NCBI GenBank assembly: GCA_947369085.1
Contig: CANBJR010000001.1
Location: 28,978 to 92,977, forward strand
Direction of reading: 5' to 3'
Origin: an uncultured Clostridia bacterium
GTDB lineage: Bacteria; Bacillota; Clostridia; Oscillospirales; Acutalibacteraceae
DNA length: 64,000 bases
Shown here: positions 45,578-56,344 of the stretch, one piece after another
Layout: each line of letters opens with the position of its first letter
Position numbering within the stretch: the stretch's first letter is position 1
The notes under the pieces: model-generated
What the model was told of the DNA's origin: nothing
The model's input: only the letters and a program-made list of their open reading frames with translations
Databases searched by the model: none
Translations under genes and position numbers: made by a program

Positions 45578-46279
45578 TTACCATTCAATTTCATCAACGC
45601 TTTTTGGATTTTCGTTATAAATATCTCTTACGATTTTACCGCTCTTCATCTCAATTACATGGTCAGCCATTGGTGTGATTGCGCTGTTGTGGGTGATAAG
45701 CACAACGGTCATTTTGTCATTTTTGCAGGTTTTTTGCAGGAGCTTTAAAATTTGTCTGCCCGTGTTGTAGTCAAGCGCACCTGTTGGTTCGTCGCAAAGC
45801 AGAAGTCCGGGACGTTTTGCAAGTGCTCGTGCAATTGAAACTCGCTGCTGTTCACCGCCCGAAAGCTGAGCAGGGAAGTTGTCTTTTCTGTCTAAAAGTC
45901 CAACGCTTTCAAGAGCTTTTTCGCTGTCGAGAGGATCCTTGCAAATCTGAGCCGCAAGCTCTACATTTTCCTTGGCTGTGAGGTTGTGAACAAGATTGTA
46001 AAACTGGAACACAAAGCCTATGTCAAATCTTCGGTATTCAATGAGCTGTTTGTCGTTGAACTTGCTTATGTCCCTGCCTTTGACAACGATTTCACCCTCG
46101 GTGCAGTTGTCCATTCCGCCGAGAATATTCAGTACCGTTGTTTTACCGGCGCCTGACGCACCGACAACAATTACAAATTCTCCTTCTTCAATTTTAAAGG
46201 AGATTCCGTCAACGGCATTTATTATAATTTCGCCCATTTTATAGCGCTTATATACATTTTTAAATTCAACAAGACTCAT
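45578..46279 (-). CDS. ABC transporter ATP-binding protein (LolD/MacB-like)
   Basis: [36 protein letters not shown]. Confidence 0.95.
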   Translation of the reverse strand: MSLVEFKNVYKRYKMGEIIINAVDGISFKIEEGEFVIVVGASGAGKTTVLNILGGMDNCTEGEIVVKGRDISKFNDKQLIEYRRFDIGFVFQFYNLVHNLTAKENVELAAQICKDPLDSEKALESVGLLDRKDNFPAQLSGGEQQRVSIARALAKRPGLLLCDEPTGALDYNTGRQILKLLQKTCKNDKMTVVLITHNSAITPMADHVIEMKSGKIVRDIYNENPKSVDEIEW

Positions 46280-46436
46280 ATAAATCACCTGCTTAATATG
46301 TAGATTTATTTATATAATTATACCATATTTATCGGCACCTATCAATAGATTTTAATGCATAAATGTACATATTAACAGAAAAATGTATAAAAAACGGGCA
46401 GTCATACGACCGCCCGAAAAACAGTTTAGGTTTTTA

Positions 46437-47642
46437 TCAGTCAAAGAATTTTGCGTGAATTGCAGAAACTGCCTTGTCAGCGTCAACAGCGTCGATAAGA
46501 ACGGAAACCTTGATTTCACTTGTGCTTATCATCTGAATGTTAATCTGTGCGTCATAAAGAGCCTCAAACATCTTTGTAGCAACGCCTGCGTGGCTTTCCA
46601 TACCTGCGCCTACGATTGAAATTTTTGCAACATTGTCATCATAGAGAACTTCGGCTGCACCGAGGTTTTCCATATAATCCTTAAGACAATCAACAGTTTC
46701 TTGTCCTCTGTCCTTAGCTACTGTAAAGCTGATGTCCTTTTTGCCGTCGTGACCGATAGACTGAAGGATAATATCAACATTAATATCTTTTGCAGAAAGC
46801 TTTGAGAACATCTTAAAAGCAAGACCGGGAAGGTTGGGGATACCCGTAACAGAAACTCTTGCTACTTCTGTATCTTTAGCAACACCGCTGATTAACATTT
46901 TCTCCATTTTTGTTTTCTCCTTTACTATTGTGCCCGAAGCCTTAGCCATACTTGAAAGTACTTCAAGCTCGATATTATATTTTTTAGCCATTTCAACCGA
47001 ACGGTTGTTGAGAACCTGAGCGCCGAGTGTGGCAAGCTCAAGCATTTCATCATAGGAAATTTCCTTTAATTTTTGAGCATTTTTAACTTTTCGGGGATCG
47101 GCTGTGTAAACTCCCTCAACATCTGTGTAAATCTGGCACAAGTCAGCGTGCATTGAAGCGGCAATAGCAACTGCGCTTGTGTCCGAGCCGCCTCTGCCGA
47201 GTGTTGTAATGTCGCCGTATTTGGAAAGTCCCTGGAAGCCTGCAACTACAACGATATTCTTCTTGTCAAGTTCACGTCTGATTCTTGAAGCGTCAACCCT
47301 TTTGATTCTTGCGCTTGTGTGAGAAGAAGTTGTTTCAAAGCCTGCCTGCCAGCCGAGCAGTGAAACTGCGTGGTAGCCGAGCTTTTCGATTGCCATTGCA
47401 AGAAGTGAAATTGAAATCTGCTCGCCTGCGGCAAGAAGCATATCCTTTTCACGACGGGTTGCATTGGGGTTAATCTCCTGTGCCTTTTCAATAAGGTCAT
47501 CTGTTGTGTCACCCTGCGCAGATACAACAACTACAACGTCATTGCCCTTTGCAAAGGTGTCCGTTACGATTCTCGCAACGTTCATTACACGCTCGGCGTC
47601 TGCAACAGAGCTGCCGCCGAATTTCTGAACTATCAAACTCAT
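46437..47642 (-). CDS. lysC: Aspartate kinase
   Basis: VQKFGGSSV, TTLGRGGSDTSA, YTDVEGVYTADPR, two ACT domains. Confidence 0.96.
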   Translation of the reverse strand: MSLIVQKFGGSSVADAERVMNVARIVTDTFAKGNDVVVVVSAQGDTTDDLIEKAQEINPNATRREKDMLLAAGEQISISLLAMAIEKLGYHAVSLLGWQAGFETTSSHTSARIKRVDASRIRRELDKKNIVVVAGFQGLSKYGDITTLGRGGSDTSAVAIAASMHADLCQIYTDVEGVYTADPRKVKNAQKLKEISYDEMLELATLGAQVLNNRSVEMAKKYNIELEVLSSMAKASGTIVKEKTKMEKMLISGVAKDTEVARVSVTGIPNLPGLAFKMFSKLSAKDINVDIILQSIGHDGKKDISFTVAKDRGQETVDCLKDYMENLGAAEVLYDDNVAKISIVGAGMESHAGVATKMFEALYDAQINIQMISTSEIKVSVLIDAVDADKAVSAIHAKFFD

Positions 47643-47781
47643 TTACTCAATACTCCTCTTTAGTTATTTTATAGGAAATTGCTCCGATAGAGTCGGGCAA
47701 AATAGTTTAAGCAATATCTATAACTTTGCTCGTGCGTCTGCGTAAGAACATTTCTTTACTGTGCGTAGAGCTGTTTGTTTA

Positions 47782-49017
47782 TTATAAATCGCCTATGCGG
47801 ATTGTTGAAAGAACTTCAACGCCATTATTTTTGAGCGTTTCAATTTTCTCCATAATTTCTCCGTAGGGCATTTCTGTTGTAACAAATGCTGCTTCGTCTG
47901 CGCAAACATCATTTCTTTTAATTACGCTGATTGCGCCGAAAATGCTTTCCGCCTTATTAAGAGCATTTTCGCCCTTTGTGCGAACATAAACGGCTGTTTT
48001 TGAATCTGTATAGGGAATGATGTTGCTGTCGTTTCCGTCTGCCCAGTAAAGATATTTTCTGGTTTTAAGGTGCTTGCAGCAGTCAACAACGTCTGCAACA
48101 ACTGCGCTTGCTGTGGGCAACTTGCCTGCGCCCTTGCCGTAAAATACTACGTCGCCTGTGCAGTCGCCCCTTACCATAATTCCGTTGAACTCATTATCAA
48201 TGTTTGCAAGCTGGCTTGTGTTCGGAATAAACATAGGAGCAACAAGAATATCAATTTTACCGTCGCCAAGGCGCTTAACCTTGCCGATAAGCTTGATTAC
48301 ACAGTTGAATGCTTCGGCATACTTTACGTCCTCAAGGGTAATTTTTGTAATGCCGTCGGTATGTACCGAATCGGGATATACGTGCTTGCCGAATGCAAGG
48401 GAAGCAAGAATACAAATCTTGCGGCATGCATCGTGACCCTCAATGTCGGCTGCGGGATTTCTCTCTGCAAAGCCGAGGTCCTGAGCAAGCTTTAATGCGT
48501 CCTCAAACTGCATACCGTCTTCTATCATTTTAGTAAGAATAAAGTTGGTTGTGCCGTTTAAGATACCTGCAATTTCATTAACGATGTTAGCTACAAGGCA
48601 CTGGCTCATAGGACGGATAATCGGAATACCGCCGCCTACCGACGCCTCAAAAAGGAAGTTTACGTTTTCTTCCTTTGCTATTGCAAGAAGCTCTGCACCG
48701 TAAGCGGCAACAAGCTCCTTGTTGGAGGTTACAACGCTTTTGCCTGTCTTTAGGCACTGCTTTACAAAGTCATAGGCAGGGTTTAAACCGCCCATAACTT
48801 CAACAACAACTCTTACCTCACGGTCGTTGATAATGTCGTTAAAGTCCTTTGTAAATCTGTCAGCAAGAGGGCTGTCGGGAAATTCACGCAAATCAAGAAT
48901 GTGCTTGATGTAAATTTCCTCGCCAAGACTTGCAAAAAGTTTCTGTTTGTGTGTTGTAATGATTTCGGCTACGCCTGAGCCTACAACTCCGTGTCCCATT
49001 ATTGCTACTGAAACCAT
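47782..49017 (-). CDS. hom: Homoserine dehydrogenase
   Basis: GHGVVGSG, VVTSNK, FEASVGGGIPII, GILNGTTNFIL, GKGAGKLPTASAV. Confidence 0.95.
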   Translation of the reverse strand: MVSVAIMGHGVVGSGVAEIITTHKQKLFASLGEEIYIKHILDLREFPDSPLADRFTKDFNDIINDREVRVVVEVMGGLNPAYDFVKQCLKTGKSVVTSNKELVAAYGAELLAIAKEENVNFLFEASVGGGIPIIRPMSQCLVANIVNEIAGILNGTTNFILTKMIEDGMQFEDALKLAQDLGFAERNPAADIEGHDACRKICILASLAFGKHVYPDSVHTDGITKITLEDVKYAEAFNCVIKLIGKVKRLGDGKIDILVAPMFIPNTSQLANIDNEFNGIMVRGDCTGDVVFYGKGAGKLPTASAVVADVVDCCKHLKTRKYLYWADGNDSNIIPYTDSKTAVYVRTKGENALNKAESIFGAISVIKRNDVCADEAAFVTTEMPYGEIMEKIETLKNNGVEVLSTIRIGDL

Positions 49018-49108
49018 ATCTTTACCTAACCTTTCAGATTATTTATTATAAAATGTTTATTTAATCAAACTGCAGTAGATGACAGTTGCATCGTTATCGA
49101 AGTTTCCG

Positions 49109-51520
49109 CTATTCTTCTGGTGCAGGTTCGGGGGTGTTGCCGCTTTCGCCGCCCTCAGGAGTACTGCTTTCTCCTCCGCCTTCTGGATTACTGTTTTCTC
49201 CTCCGCCGTTTTCGCCGCCGGAGTTTTCACCGCTGCTGCTTTCGCCACCGTCGGAGCTTTCACCGTCACCGCTGTTTTCTTCATCGGAGTTTTCGCCATC
49301 TCCGCTGTATTCTCCGTTTGATGTGTAGGAGTTTTCACCACCGCTGTTGTCGGAATAATAGTTATAGTATCCGCCCATAGCAGGCATATTGTCTTCGGTA
49401 TAGTAACCAATATATCTGCCAGATGGGTTGTCGGTTGTTACGATAAGTCCGTTATATGGATTGTACTGTGCTTCGACGAGGTTGGGGGAGAGGTTGTAGT
49501 CCTTTTGCTCCTTGCCCTCAAGGTATTTGCCCATTATATTTGCAAAGAATTTCGGTGCAACCGTTCGTCCGACGTCGCTTATGCTGTCGGGCTTGTCAAA
49601 ACCGCACCAGGTAGCCATTGAAGCGTACGGCGAAAGTCCGCAGAACCAGGAGTCTTTGTTTTCGTCGGTTGTACCCGTTTTGCCGATAACATCCCATCCG
49701 CTGATTTTTGCATGGCCTGCGCCTGTATGACTGAACTGGGTATAGGTCATATTGTAGCTCAAAAGCCTGTTCATAATCGAAGCGGTTTCGGCAGAATATG
49801 CCTGCTTCGGAACTGCGTCACGGTTATCAATGATTATGTTGTCCTCGGAGTCGGTGACATAGTAGTAGGTATACGGCTCATAATAAAGACCACCGTTGCC
49901 TATATAATTGTATGAAGCCGCCATTTCTCTTACCGAAACACCGCCGTTCATACCGCCGATAGAAAGTGCGCCTGTGTTTTGTGCGTCTTCCTCGGAAAGC
50001 TTTTTAAATCCCATTTTAGTAACAGCCTGTTCATAGGCAACTGACGGACCGCCGATTAGGTTCATAGTCTGAACGGCGGTTGCGTTTGATGAAATCTCAA
50101 TCGCATCCGGCAGGAGCATATCTCCTTTGTAACCGTAATATGCGTTGTTAGGGCCCGATACAAGCTGTCCGTTTACGTCTTTCCAGTTATCAACAGGCTC
50201 ATCCTTTACAAGTGATGAGTAGTAAAGCATTTTGTTGTCTATTGCATACGGATAAACGATTACAGGTTTAATTGACGAACCGGGCTGCAGGGTAGAGTGG
50301 GTTGCTCTGTCCCATTCAAGCGCCTGAGTTTTTTTCTTTGAACTGCCTACGGTAGCGATTACTCTGCCGTCAAATCCCATAAGCACTGAACCGATCTGGA
50401 GGTCGGAATCGTAACTTTTATCAATGTTCTGTGCAGATTCTTCCATATAGCCCTGCATTTCTTCATCCATAGCGCAGTAGATTTTTAAGCCCTCTGTATA
50501 CAGCTTTTCGGAAGCAGCATCTTCGCTGATATTGTAATAAAGTGCAAGGTCCTCTTTTAAATCATAGAAAACCTGATCAATATACCAGTTCTGAACGTAA
50601 TCGTCATCGCTGTCATCTTCCTGAGTATCCTGAAATCCGACAAAAGTCATATTCGCCGATTCTTTCATAGCCTCGTCATATTCAGACTTAGTAATCTTTC
50701 CCTGGTCGTACATTTCGTTAATTACAATCTCACGGCGTCTTTTGTTATTTTCGGGATAAACAAGCGGATTCCACAAAGACGGGTTCTGCGTAATGCCTGC
50801 AATTGCGGCACATTCGGCAATTGAGCAGTCTTTTATGCTCTTGTCAAAATAAAGCTGTGCGGCTGCTTCAACGCCCTGACAGTTGTTGCCGAAGTTTACA
50901 ACATTAAGATATGCTTCAAGAATCTGATCCTTTGTATATTCGTCCTCAAGCTTTAAAGCCTTGCAGATTTCGCGAAGCTTACGGTTGATTGAAACTTCGT
51001 TATCATCGGTTATGTTTTTAATAAGCTGCTGGGTAATTGTTGAGCCGCCGTATGAGTCCTCTCCCGTAGCAAGGTTTACAACAGCCGAAAGAGTTCTTGC
51101 CCAGTCAACACCGTTGTGGTCGTAGAAACGCTTGTCCTCAATGGAGACAACAGCGTCCTTCATAGCCTTAGGAATATCCTGATTGTCAACCCAAATTCGG
51201 TTTTCAGTGCTGTACAGCGTTTGATATTCCTTAAATTCATCAGTTTTATTGTCTTTGATATAGATAAAGCTTGTTTGATTAAGCGATTTTGCCTTAAGGT
51301 CAATGCCGGTCGGCTCAGAGGCGAGAGTGAAGATGTAGATTGAAAGTGAAATGCCTGCTATGAAAAGTGCAACAAAGCAGATTGTAAAGGCGGTAAGCAG
51401 AAATTTTCCAAGTCCTTTAAAAAATCTTTTAACTCCGTTTTCTTTTTTTTCGGTAACAATGCCGGTATCAGCGGATTTATCCGTGTAACGGCTTATGTCA
51501 GTTTCACGTTTGTTACGCAT
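49109..51520 (-). CDS. Class A penicillin-binding protein (transglycosylase/transpeptidase)
   Basis: EDKRFYDHNGVD, GGSTITQQL, RKLREI, YLN; SSIK (SxxK), SSN, GKTGT; G/E/S-rich tail. Confidence 0.95.
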   Translation of the reverse strand: MRNKRETDISRYTDKSADTGIVTEKKENGVKRFFKGLGKFLLTAFTICFVALFIAGISLSIYIFTLASEPTGIDLKAKSLNQTSFIYIKDNKTDEFKEYQTLYSTENRIWVDNQDIPKAMKDAVVSIEDKRFYDHNGVDWARTLSAVVNLATGEDSYGGSTITQQLIKNITDDNEVSINRKLREICKALKLEDEYTKDQILEAYLNVVNFGNNCQGVEAAAQLYFDKSIKDCSIAECAAIAGITQNPSLWNPLVYPENNKRRREIVINEMYDQGKITKSEYDEAMKESANMTFVGFQDTQEDDSDDDYVQNWYIDQVFYDLKEDLALYYNISEDAASEKLYTEGLKIYCAMDEEMQGYMEESAQNIDKSYDSDLQIGSVLMGFDGRVIATVGSSKKKTQALEWDRATHSTLQPGSSIKPVIVYPYAIDNKMLYYSSLVKDEPVDNWKDVNGQLVSGPNNAYYGYKGDMLLPDAIEISSNATAVQTMNLIGGPSVAYEQAVTKMGFKKLSEEDAQNTGALSIGGMNGGVSVREMAASYNYIGNGGLYYEPYTYYYVTDSEDNIIIDNRDAVPKQAYSAETASIMNRLLSYNMTYTQFSHTGAGHAKISGWDVIGKTGTTDENKDSWFCGLSPYASMATWCGFDKPDSISDVGRTVAPKFFANIMGKYLEGKEQKDYNLSPNLVEAQYNPYNGLIVTTDNPSGRYIGYYTEDNMPAMGGYYNYYSDNSGGENSYTSNGEYSGDGENSDEENSGDGESSDGGESSSGENSGGENGGGENSNPEGGGESSTPEGGESGNTPEPAPEE

Positions 51521-51794
51521 ATTTACTCCTTTAACGGCAATTTGCCTGTTTGTGACTCATTGCGACTAATTACGCAATGTAAAGTCTTTATAATACAATT
51601 ATGTTGATAAAATAGAGTAAAAAACACTATTAATAGTTATTATAGCACCTCAAATTAAAAAAATAAATATGTTAAACTAAATTTTTATTAAAAAATATAG
51701 AGTTTCAGCGGATGTTTTTTATGTAAAAGGGTGAATATTCGGCTCTTTGAGGGAAAAACTACGGGTAATAAGCGTTGAAAGTGAGGAATTTAAA

Positions 51795-52112
51795 ATGAAA
51801 AAGCTGGTGCTTATTACGGGAATAATACTAATGGTGTGCCTGTTTACAAGCGTTTATGCATCTCCTTCGGTAACGGCAGGGACTAATACTGCGGCTACGG
51901 AGGAAAACAAGGGCAGTGTAAATGAAGTTTTTATGCTGAAATCCGAGAATAACCGAATTGTTGTATATAAATTTGGTGAAGAAACTCCGTATATTGTAAC
52001 GGATACTCTTGTCAGCACGCTCCCAAAAGGGGATATTATGATTCTTGAAAAGGGAATTGAGATAAAGGGCGAGGAAAATTTAAAAAAATCACTGGAGGAT
52101 TATTGCAGTTGA
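51795..52112 (+). CDS. Small secreted protein, BofC C-terminal-like domain
   Basis: Signal peptide; TDT.VSTLP..D...LEKGI.I...E.L...LEDYCS. Confidence 0.7.
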   Translation: MKKLVLITGIILMVCLFTSVYASPSVTAGTNTAATEENKGSVNEVFMLKSENNRIVVYKFGEETPYIVTDTLVSTLPKGDIMILEKGIEIKGEENLKKSLEDYCS

Positions 52113-52185
52113 TAATACTTCAGGTTTTATCGGCTGTTTAATTGGGAATAAAAGGGGTATTACCCAAAAAATTGAACATATATAT

Positions 52186-52216
52186 TGACTTTTGAACTCT
52201 TTTGAGTTAGTATTAA
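52186..52216 (+). promoter_or_regulatory. Promoter of the fab operon with overlapping palindromes
   Basis: TTGACT...TAGTAT/TATTAA; AACTC-TTTT-GAGTT and AGTTA-GTAT-TAACT dyads. Confidence 0.5.
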
Positions 52217-52341
52217 CTTAAAATGCCATAATAATAAAATAAGATAACTGCGGTCATAAGCATTGAAATTTTATGATGAAATCTTGCAAATGAGCAAGTT
52301 GTCACAAACCGCAGTATTATGCAAAAAAGGAGAATGTACAT

Positions 52342-53292
52342 ATGATTTCTACCGTTATAGATCAGTCGCTCGGTCTTGAATTCCCGATTTTTCAGGGAGG
52401 TATGGCTTGGGTTGCCGACGCGTCTTTGGCAGCCGGCGTTTCCAACGCAGGAGGTTTAGGGCTTATTGCCGCTATGAATTCAAATGGTGAACAGCTGCGT
52501 GAAGAAATTCGCAAGTGCAAGGAGCTTACGGACAAGCCTTTCGGCGTTAACATTATGCTTATGAGTCCTTTTGCGGCAGAGGTTGCAGACGTTGTTGTCG
52601 AGGAGGGCGTAAAGGTAGTCACAACCGGCGCAGGAAATCCCGGCAAATATATGCCCAAGTGGCTTGAAGCAGGAATTAAGGTTATACCTGTAATTCCAAG
52701 CGTTGCGCTTGCAAGAAAGATGGAGAAAAACGGTGCTTTTGCGGTTATTGCAGAGGGCGGCGAATCCGGCGGTCACGTTGGCGACTTAACAACAATGGCT
52801 CTGGTACCGCAGGTTGTTGACGCTGTTTCAATTCCGGTAATTGCGGCCGGCGGCATTGCAGACGGAAGACAGATTGCCGCTGCATTTATGCTCGGTGCAG
52901 TGGGTGTTCAGGTAGGAACAAGATTCCTTGTTGCAGAGGAATGTACAATTGCTCAGGAATATAAAAATAAGATTTTAAAGGCAAAGGATATTGACACTGT
53001 TGTTACGGGCAAGAGGCTCGGACATCCCGTTCGTTCAATCAGAAACGCATTTACACGTGAATATACAAAAGCAGAATATAACTCCTCAGAATTTTCAGAC
53101 GAGGAGCTTGAAAATATGGGAATCGGCAAGCTCAGACTGGCTGTCAGAGAGGGCGATGTTTCCAACGGAACCGTGCTTGCAGGTCAGGTAGCTGCAATGG
53201 TTAAAAAAGAACAGCCTGCCCGTGAGATGATTGTTGAAATGTTTACGCAGGCTGAAGAAGTATTGAACGGAGCGACAAAATGGGTAAAATAG
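52342..53292 (+). CDS. fabK: Enoyl-ACP reductase FabK
   Basis: PIFQGGMAW, AEGGESGGHVG, IAAGGIADGR; first gene of the FAS II cluster. Confidence 0.95.
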   Translation: MISTVIDQSLGLEFPIFQGGMAWVADASLAAGVSNAGGLGLIAAMNSNGEQLREEIRKCKELTDKPFGVNIMLMSPFAAEVADVVVEEGVKVVTTGAGNPGKYMPKWLEAGIKVIPVIPSVALARKMEKNGAFAVIAEGGESGGHVGDLTTMALVPQVVDAVSIPVIAAGGIADGRQIAAAFMLGAVGVQVGTRFLVAEECTIAQEYKNKILKAKDIDTVVTGKRLGHPVRSIRNAFTREYTKAEYNSSEFSDEELENMGIGKLRLAVREGDVSNGTVLAGQVAAMVKKEQPAREMIVEMFTQAEEVLNGATKWVK

Positions 53293-54182
53293 CGTTTATT
53301 TTTTCAGGACAGGGTGCGCAATACAGCGGAATGGGCAAGGAGCTTTACGAATCGTCCCCTGCCGCAAAGGCTGTTTATGATATGGCGGATTGTGTAAGAG
53401 AGGGCACTTCAAAGCAGTGCTTTGAAGGCAGCACGGAGGAACTTTGCAAGACTGTAAATACACAGCCCTGCGTGTTTACGGCTGACCTTGCAGCAGCTTA
53501 TGCGCTTGTTGAAAAGGGCATTAAGCCCGACTGCGTAGCAGGTTTTTCACTTGGTGAAATTGCGGCTATTGCATTTTCAAAAATGCTTTCCGACGAAGAA
53601 GCTTTTAAGCTTGTATGCAAGAGAGGCGAGCTTATGGACGATGCCGCAACCGAGAATCCCGGTGCGATGGCGGCTGTTATGAAGATTACTCCTAAGCAGG
53701 TTGAAGAAATTTGCAGTAAGTTTGACAATACATATCCCGTAAACTACAACTCTCCTGCGCAGACTGTTGTTGCAACAACAAGCGAAAATGCAGACAAATT
53801 CTGCGAAGCCGTTAAGGAAGCAGGCGGAAGAGCCAAGCTGCTTGCGGTAAGCGGTGCGTTTCATTCGCCGTTTATGGCAAAAGCCGCTGACGGTCTTGCA
53901 GAATATATGGAGAATGTTGATTTCTCTAATCCCGAAACTGTAATTTATTCGGACGTTACCGCAATGCCTTATGAGGGTGATTTCAAGGCGCTTGTTAAGG
54001 CTCAGGTTGAAAGTCCGGTTAGATGGCAGACAATCGTTCAAAATATGATTAACGATGGTGTTGATACATTTATAGAAGTCGGTGTCGGCAAAACGCTTAC
54101 GGGTCTTGTAAAGAGAATTAACGGTAATGTAAAGGCGTTCAAGGTTGAAACTCCTGCTGATATTGAGGCTTTGGAGCTTTGA
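53280..54182 (+). CDS. fabD: Malonyl-CoA:ACP transacylase
   Basis: FSGQGAQ, TQP, GFSLGE, VSGAFHS. Confidence 0.95.
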   Translation: MGKIAFIFSGQGAQYSGMGKELYESSPAAKAVYDMADCVREGTSKQCFEGSTEELCKTVNTQPCVFTADLAAAYALVEKGIKPDCVAGFSLGEIAAIAFSKMLSDEEAFKLVCKRGELMDDAATENPGAMAAVMKITPKQVEEICSKFDNTYPVNYNSPAQTVVATTSENADKFCEAVKEAGGRAKLLAVSGAFHSPFMAKAADGLAEYMENVDFSNPETVIYSDVTAMPYEGDFKALVKAQVESPVRWQTIVQNMINDGVDTFIEVGVGKTLTGLVKRINGNVKAFKVETPADIEALEL

Positions 54183-54241
54183 TTTAATATATCTTAGGGT
54201 AAGAGCTCTGCTCCTGCCGCATAAATTCGGAGGTAAATAAT

Positions 54242-54985
54242 ATGGATTTTACTAATAAAACAGCTGTAGTAACAGGCGGTTCAAGGGGAATCGGTCTTGC
54301 AATCGCTTCAAAGCTTGCTCAGGGCGGTGCAAACATTGCAATTCTCTATGTAGGCGACGAAAGCGAGGGCATAAAGGCAAAGGAAGAACTTTCTAAGTAC
54401 GGTACAAAGGTTGAGCAGTACTTCTGCGATGTTTCTGACTTTGAAGCGTCAAAGCAGGTTGTTGACAAGGTTATTGAGGAATTCGGCGGAATAGATTTTC
54501 TTATTAACAATGCAGGAATTACACGCGACAAACTCATTTTGAATATGGAAGAAAAGGATTTCGACGCAGTAATCGGAGTAAACCTTAAGGGTACTTTTAA
54601 TATGATTAAACACACCTACAAACACTTTATGAAGAAACGTTTCGGCAGAATTGTAAGCACATCTTCAATTGTAGGCCTTAACGGTAACGCAGGACAGGCT
54701 AACTATTCTGCATCAAAAGCAGGAATTATCGGACTTACAAAGTCTGTAGCTAAAGAGCTTGCAGGCAGGGGAGTAACGGCAAACGCAGTTGCACCCGGTT
54801 ACATAGGAACAGATATGACAAATGTTCTTTCAGACAAGGTAAAAGACGCTATGAAAGCACAGATTCCCGCGAAGCGCATCGGTACACCCGATGATGTTGC
54901 AAACGTTGTAGCATTTCTTTGCTCCGATGAGGCAGCATATGTTACCGGCGAGGTTATCCGTGTTGACGGCGGTCTTGCAATGTAA
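54242..54985 (+). CDS. fabG: 3-oxoacyl-ACP reductase
   Basis: TGGSRGIG, NNAGITRD, GQANYSASK. Confidence 0.96.
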   Translation: MDFTNKTAVVTGGSRGIGLAIASKLAQGGANIAILYVGDESEGIKAKEELSKYGTKVEQYFCDVSDFEASKQVVDKVIEEFGGIDFLINNAGITRDKLILNMEEKDFDAVIGVNLKGTFNMIKHTYKHFMKKRFGRIVSTSSIVGLNGNAGQANYSASKAGIIGLTKSVAKELAGRGVTANAVAPGYIGTDMTNVLSDKVKDAMKAQIPAKRIGTPDDVANVVAFLCSDEAAYVTGEVIRVDGGLAM

Positions 54986-55088
54986 TCAGGCAAAAGAAGA
55001 TAATTTTTAAAGGACCGGTGTAACGTGTCCGACAGATTTCAAAATATTGAAGGGACAGGCTGGCTTGTTCCGCAATTCGGAGGTAAAT

Positions 55089-56318
55089 ATGAGCAGAAGA
55101 GTAGTAGTAACAGGACTTGGCGCAATCAGCCCTGTTGGCAATGACGTTGACACTATGTGGAAAAATCTTGTTGACGGCGTTTGCGGTATCGATACAATCA
55201 CAGAGTTTGATACAAGCGATTTAAAGGTTCACATTGCCGGTACAGTAAAGAATTTTGAACCCGAAAAATATATTGAAAAAAGAGAAATAAGAAAGCTTGA
55301 CATCTATACGCAGTACGCTATTGCTGCTGCACAGCAGGCTGTTGATGACAGCGAAATTATGGGCAAGATTGATGAAAACCGTTTCGGTGTTTACATCGGC
55401 GCAGGTATCGGCGGACTTCACACATTTGTAAAGAACACAGTCGCAATGGAAAACGGCGGAGCAAAGAAGGTTTCTCCTTTCTTTATTCCGATGATGATAG
55501 GCAATATTGCAACAGGCAACGTTGCTATTCGCTTTAACGCAAAGGGCGCTTCTCTGTCTGTAATGAGCGCTTGTGCAACAGGTACAAACTCAATCGGCGA
55601 GGCTTTTCACGCAGTAAAGGACGGCTATGTTGACGCTGTAATCGCAGGCGGTACCGAGGCTGTTATTGCTCCGCTCACAATCGCAGGTTTCCAAAACATC
55701 AAGGCACTTTCAACAAATCCCGACCCGAAAAAGGCTTCACGTCCGTTTGACAAGGACCGTGATGGATTTATTATGGGCGAGGGCGCAGGTATGCTTATCC
55801 TTGAGGAGTACGAACACGCAAAGGCAAGAGGCGCAAAGATATACGCTGAATTCTGCGGTTACGGCAACACCTGTGATGCTCACCACGTAACTGCTCCCGA
55901 CCCCGAGGGTGCAGGACTTGCAAGAGCAATCGAAGTTGCATTCAAAGAGGCTGATGTTTCCGATGACGCAGAAATCTATATCAATGCACACGGAACAAGT
56001 ACTCATTTAAACGACTTAACAGAAACTATGGCTATTAAAACAGCTCTTGGTAAAAAGGCTTATGACGTTAACATCAGCTCAACAAAGTCAATGACAGGTC
56101 ATATGCTCGGCGCAACAGGCGCAATAGAGGCGATTGCCGCAATCAAGGCTCTTGACGAGGGAATTATTCCTCCGACAATCAACCTTGACGAACCCGAAGA
56201 GGGACTTGACCTTAACTACACTCCCAACAAGGCTGTTAAGCGCAATGTAAACGTTGCGGCTTCAACAAACCTCGGCTTTGGCGGTCATGACGCTTGCGTT
56301 GTATTCAAAAAGATTTAA
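55089..56318 (+). CDS. fabF: Beta-ketoacyl-ACP synthase II
   Basis: RRVVVTGLG, SACATG, INAHGTST, SSTKSMTGHMLGA. Confidence 0.96.
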   Translation: MSRRVVVTGLGAISPVGNDVDTMWKNLVDGVCGIDTITEFDTSDLKVHIAGTVKNFEPEKYIEKREIRKLDIYTQYAIAAAQQAVDDSEIMGKIDENRFGVYIGAGIGGLHTFVKNTVAMENGGAKKVSPFFIPMMIGNIATGNVAIRFNAKGASLSVMSACATGTNSIGEAFHAVKDGYVDAVIAGGTEAVIAPLTIAGFQNIKALSTNPDPKKASRPFDKDRDGFIMGEGAGMLILEEYEHAKARGAKIYAEFCGYGNTCDAHHVTAPDPEGAGLARAIEVAFKEADVSDDAEIYINAHGTSTHLNDLTETMAIKTALGKKAYDVNISSTKSMTGHMLGATGAIEAIAAIKALDEGIIPPTINLDEPEEGLDLNYTPNKAVKRNVNVAASTNLGFGGHDACVVFKKI

Positions 56319-56344
56319 TGTTAGTGAATAGAAAGGTATAGCTT

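Noticed and set aside
47643-47781. Possible lysine riboswitch or T-box between hom and lysC
   Set aside because: Too short, and lacks the lysine-riboswitch AGAGG core and the T-box GGTGGNACC motif; only a weak hairpin is present.
49109-49350. Repetitive GC-rich tract (possible repeat array)
   Set aside because: Encodes the Gly/Glu/Ser/Asn low-complexity tail of the class A PBP; no repeat-spacer structure.
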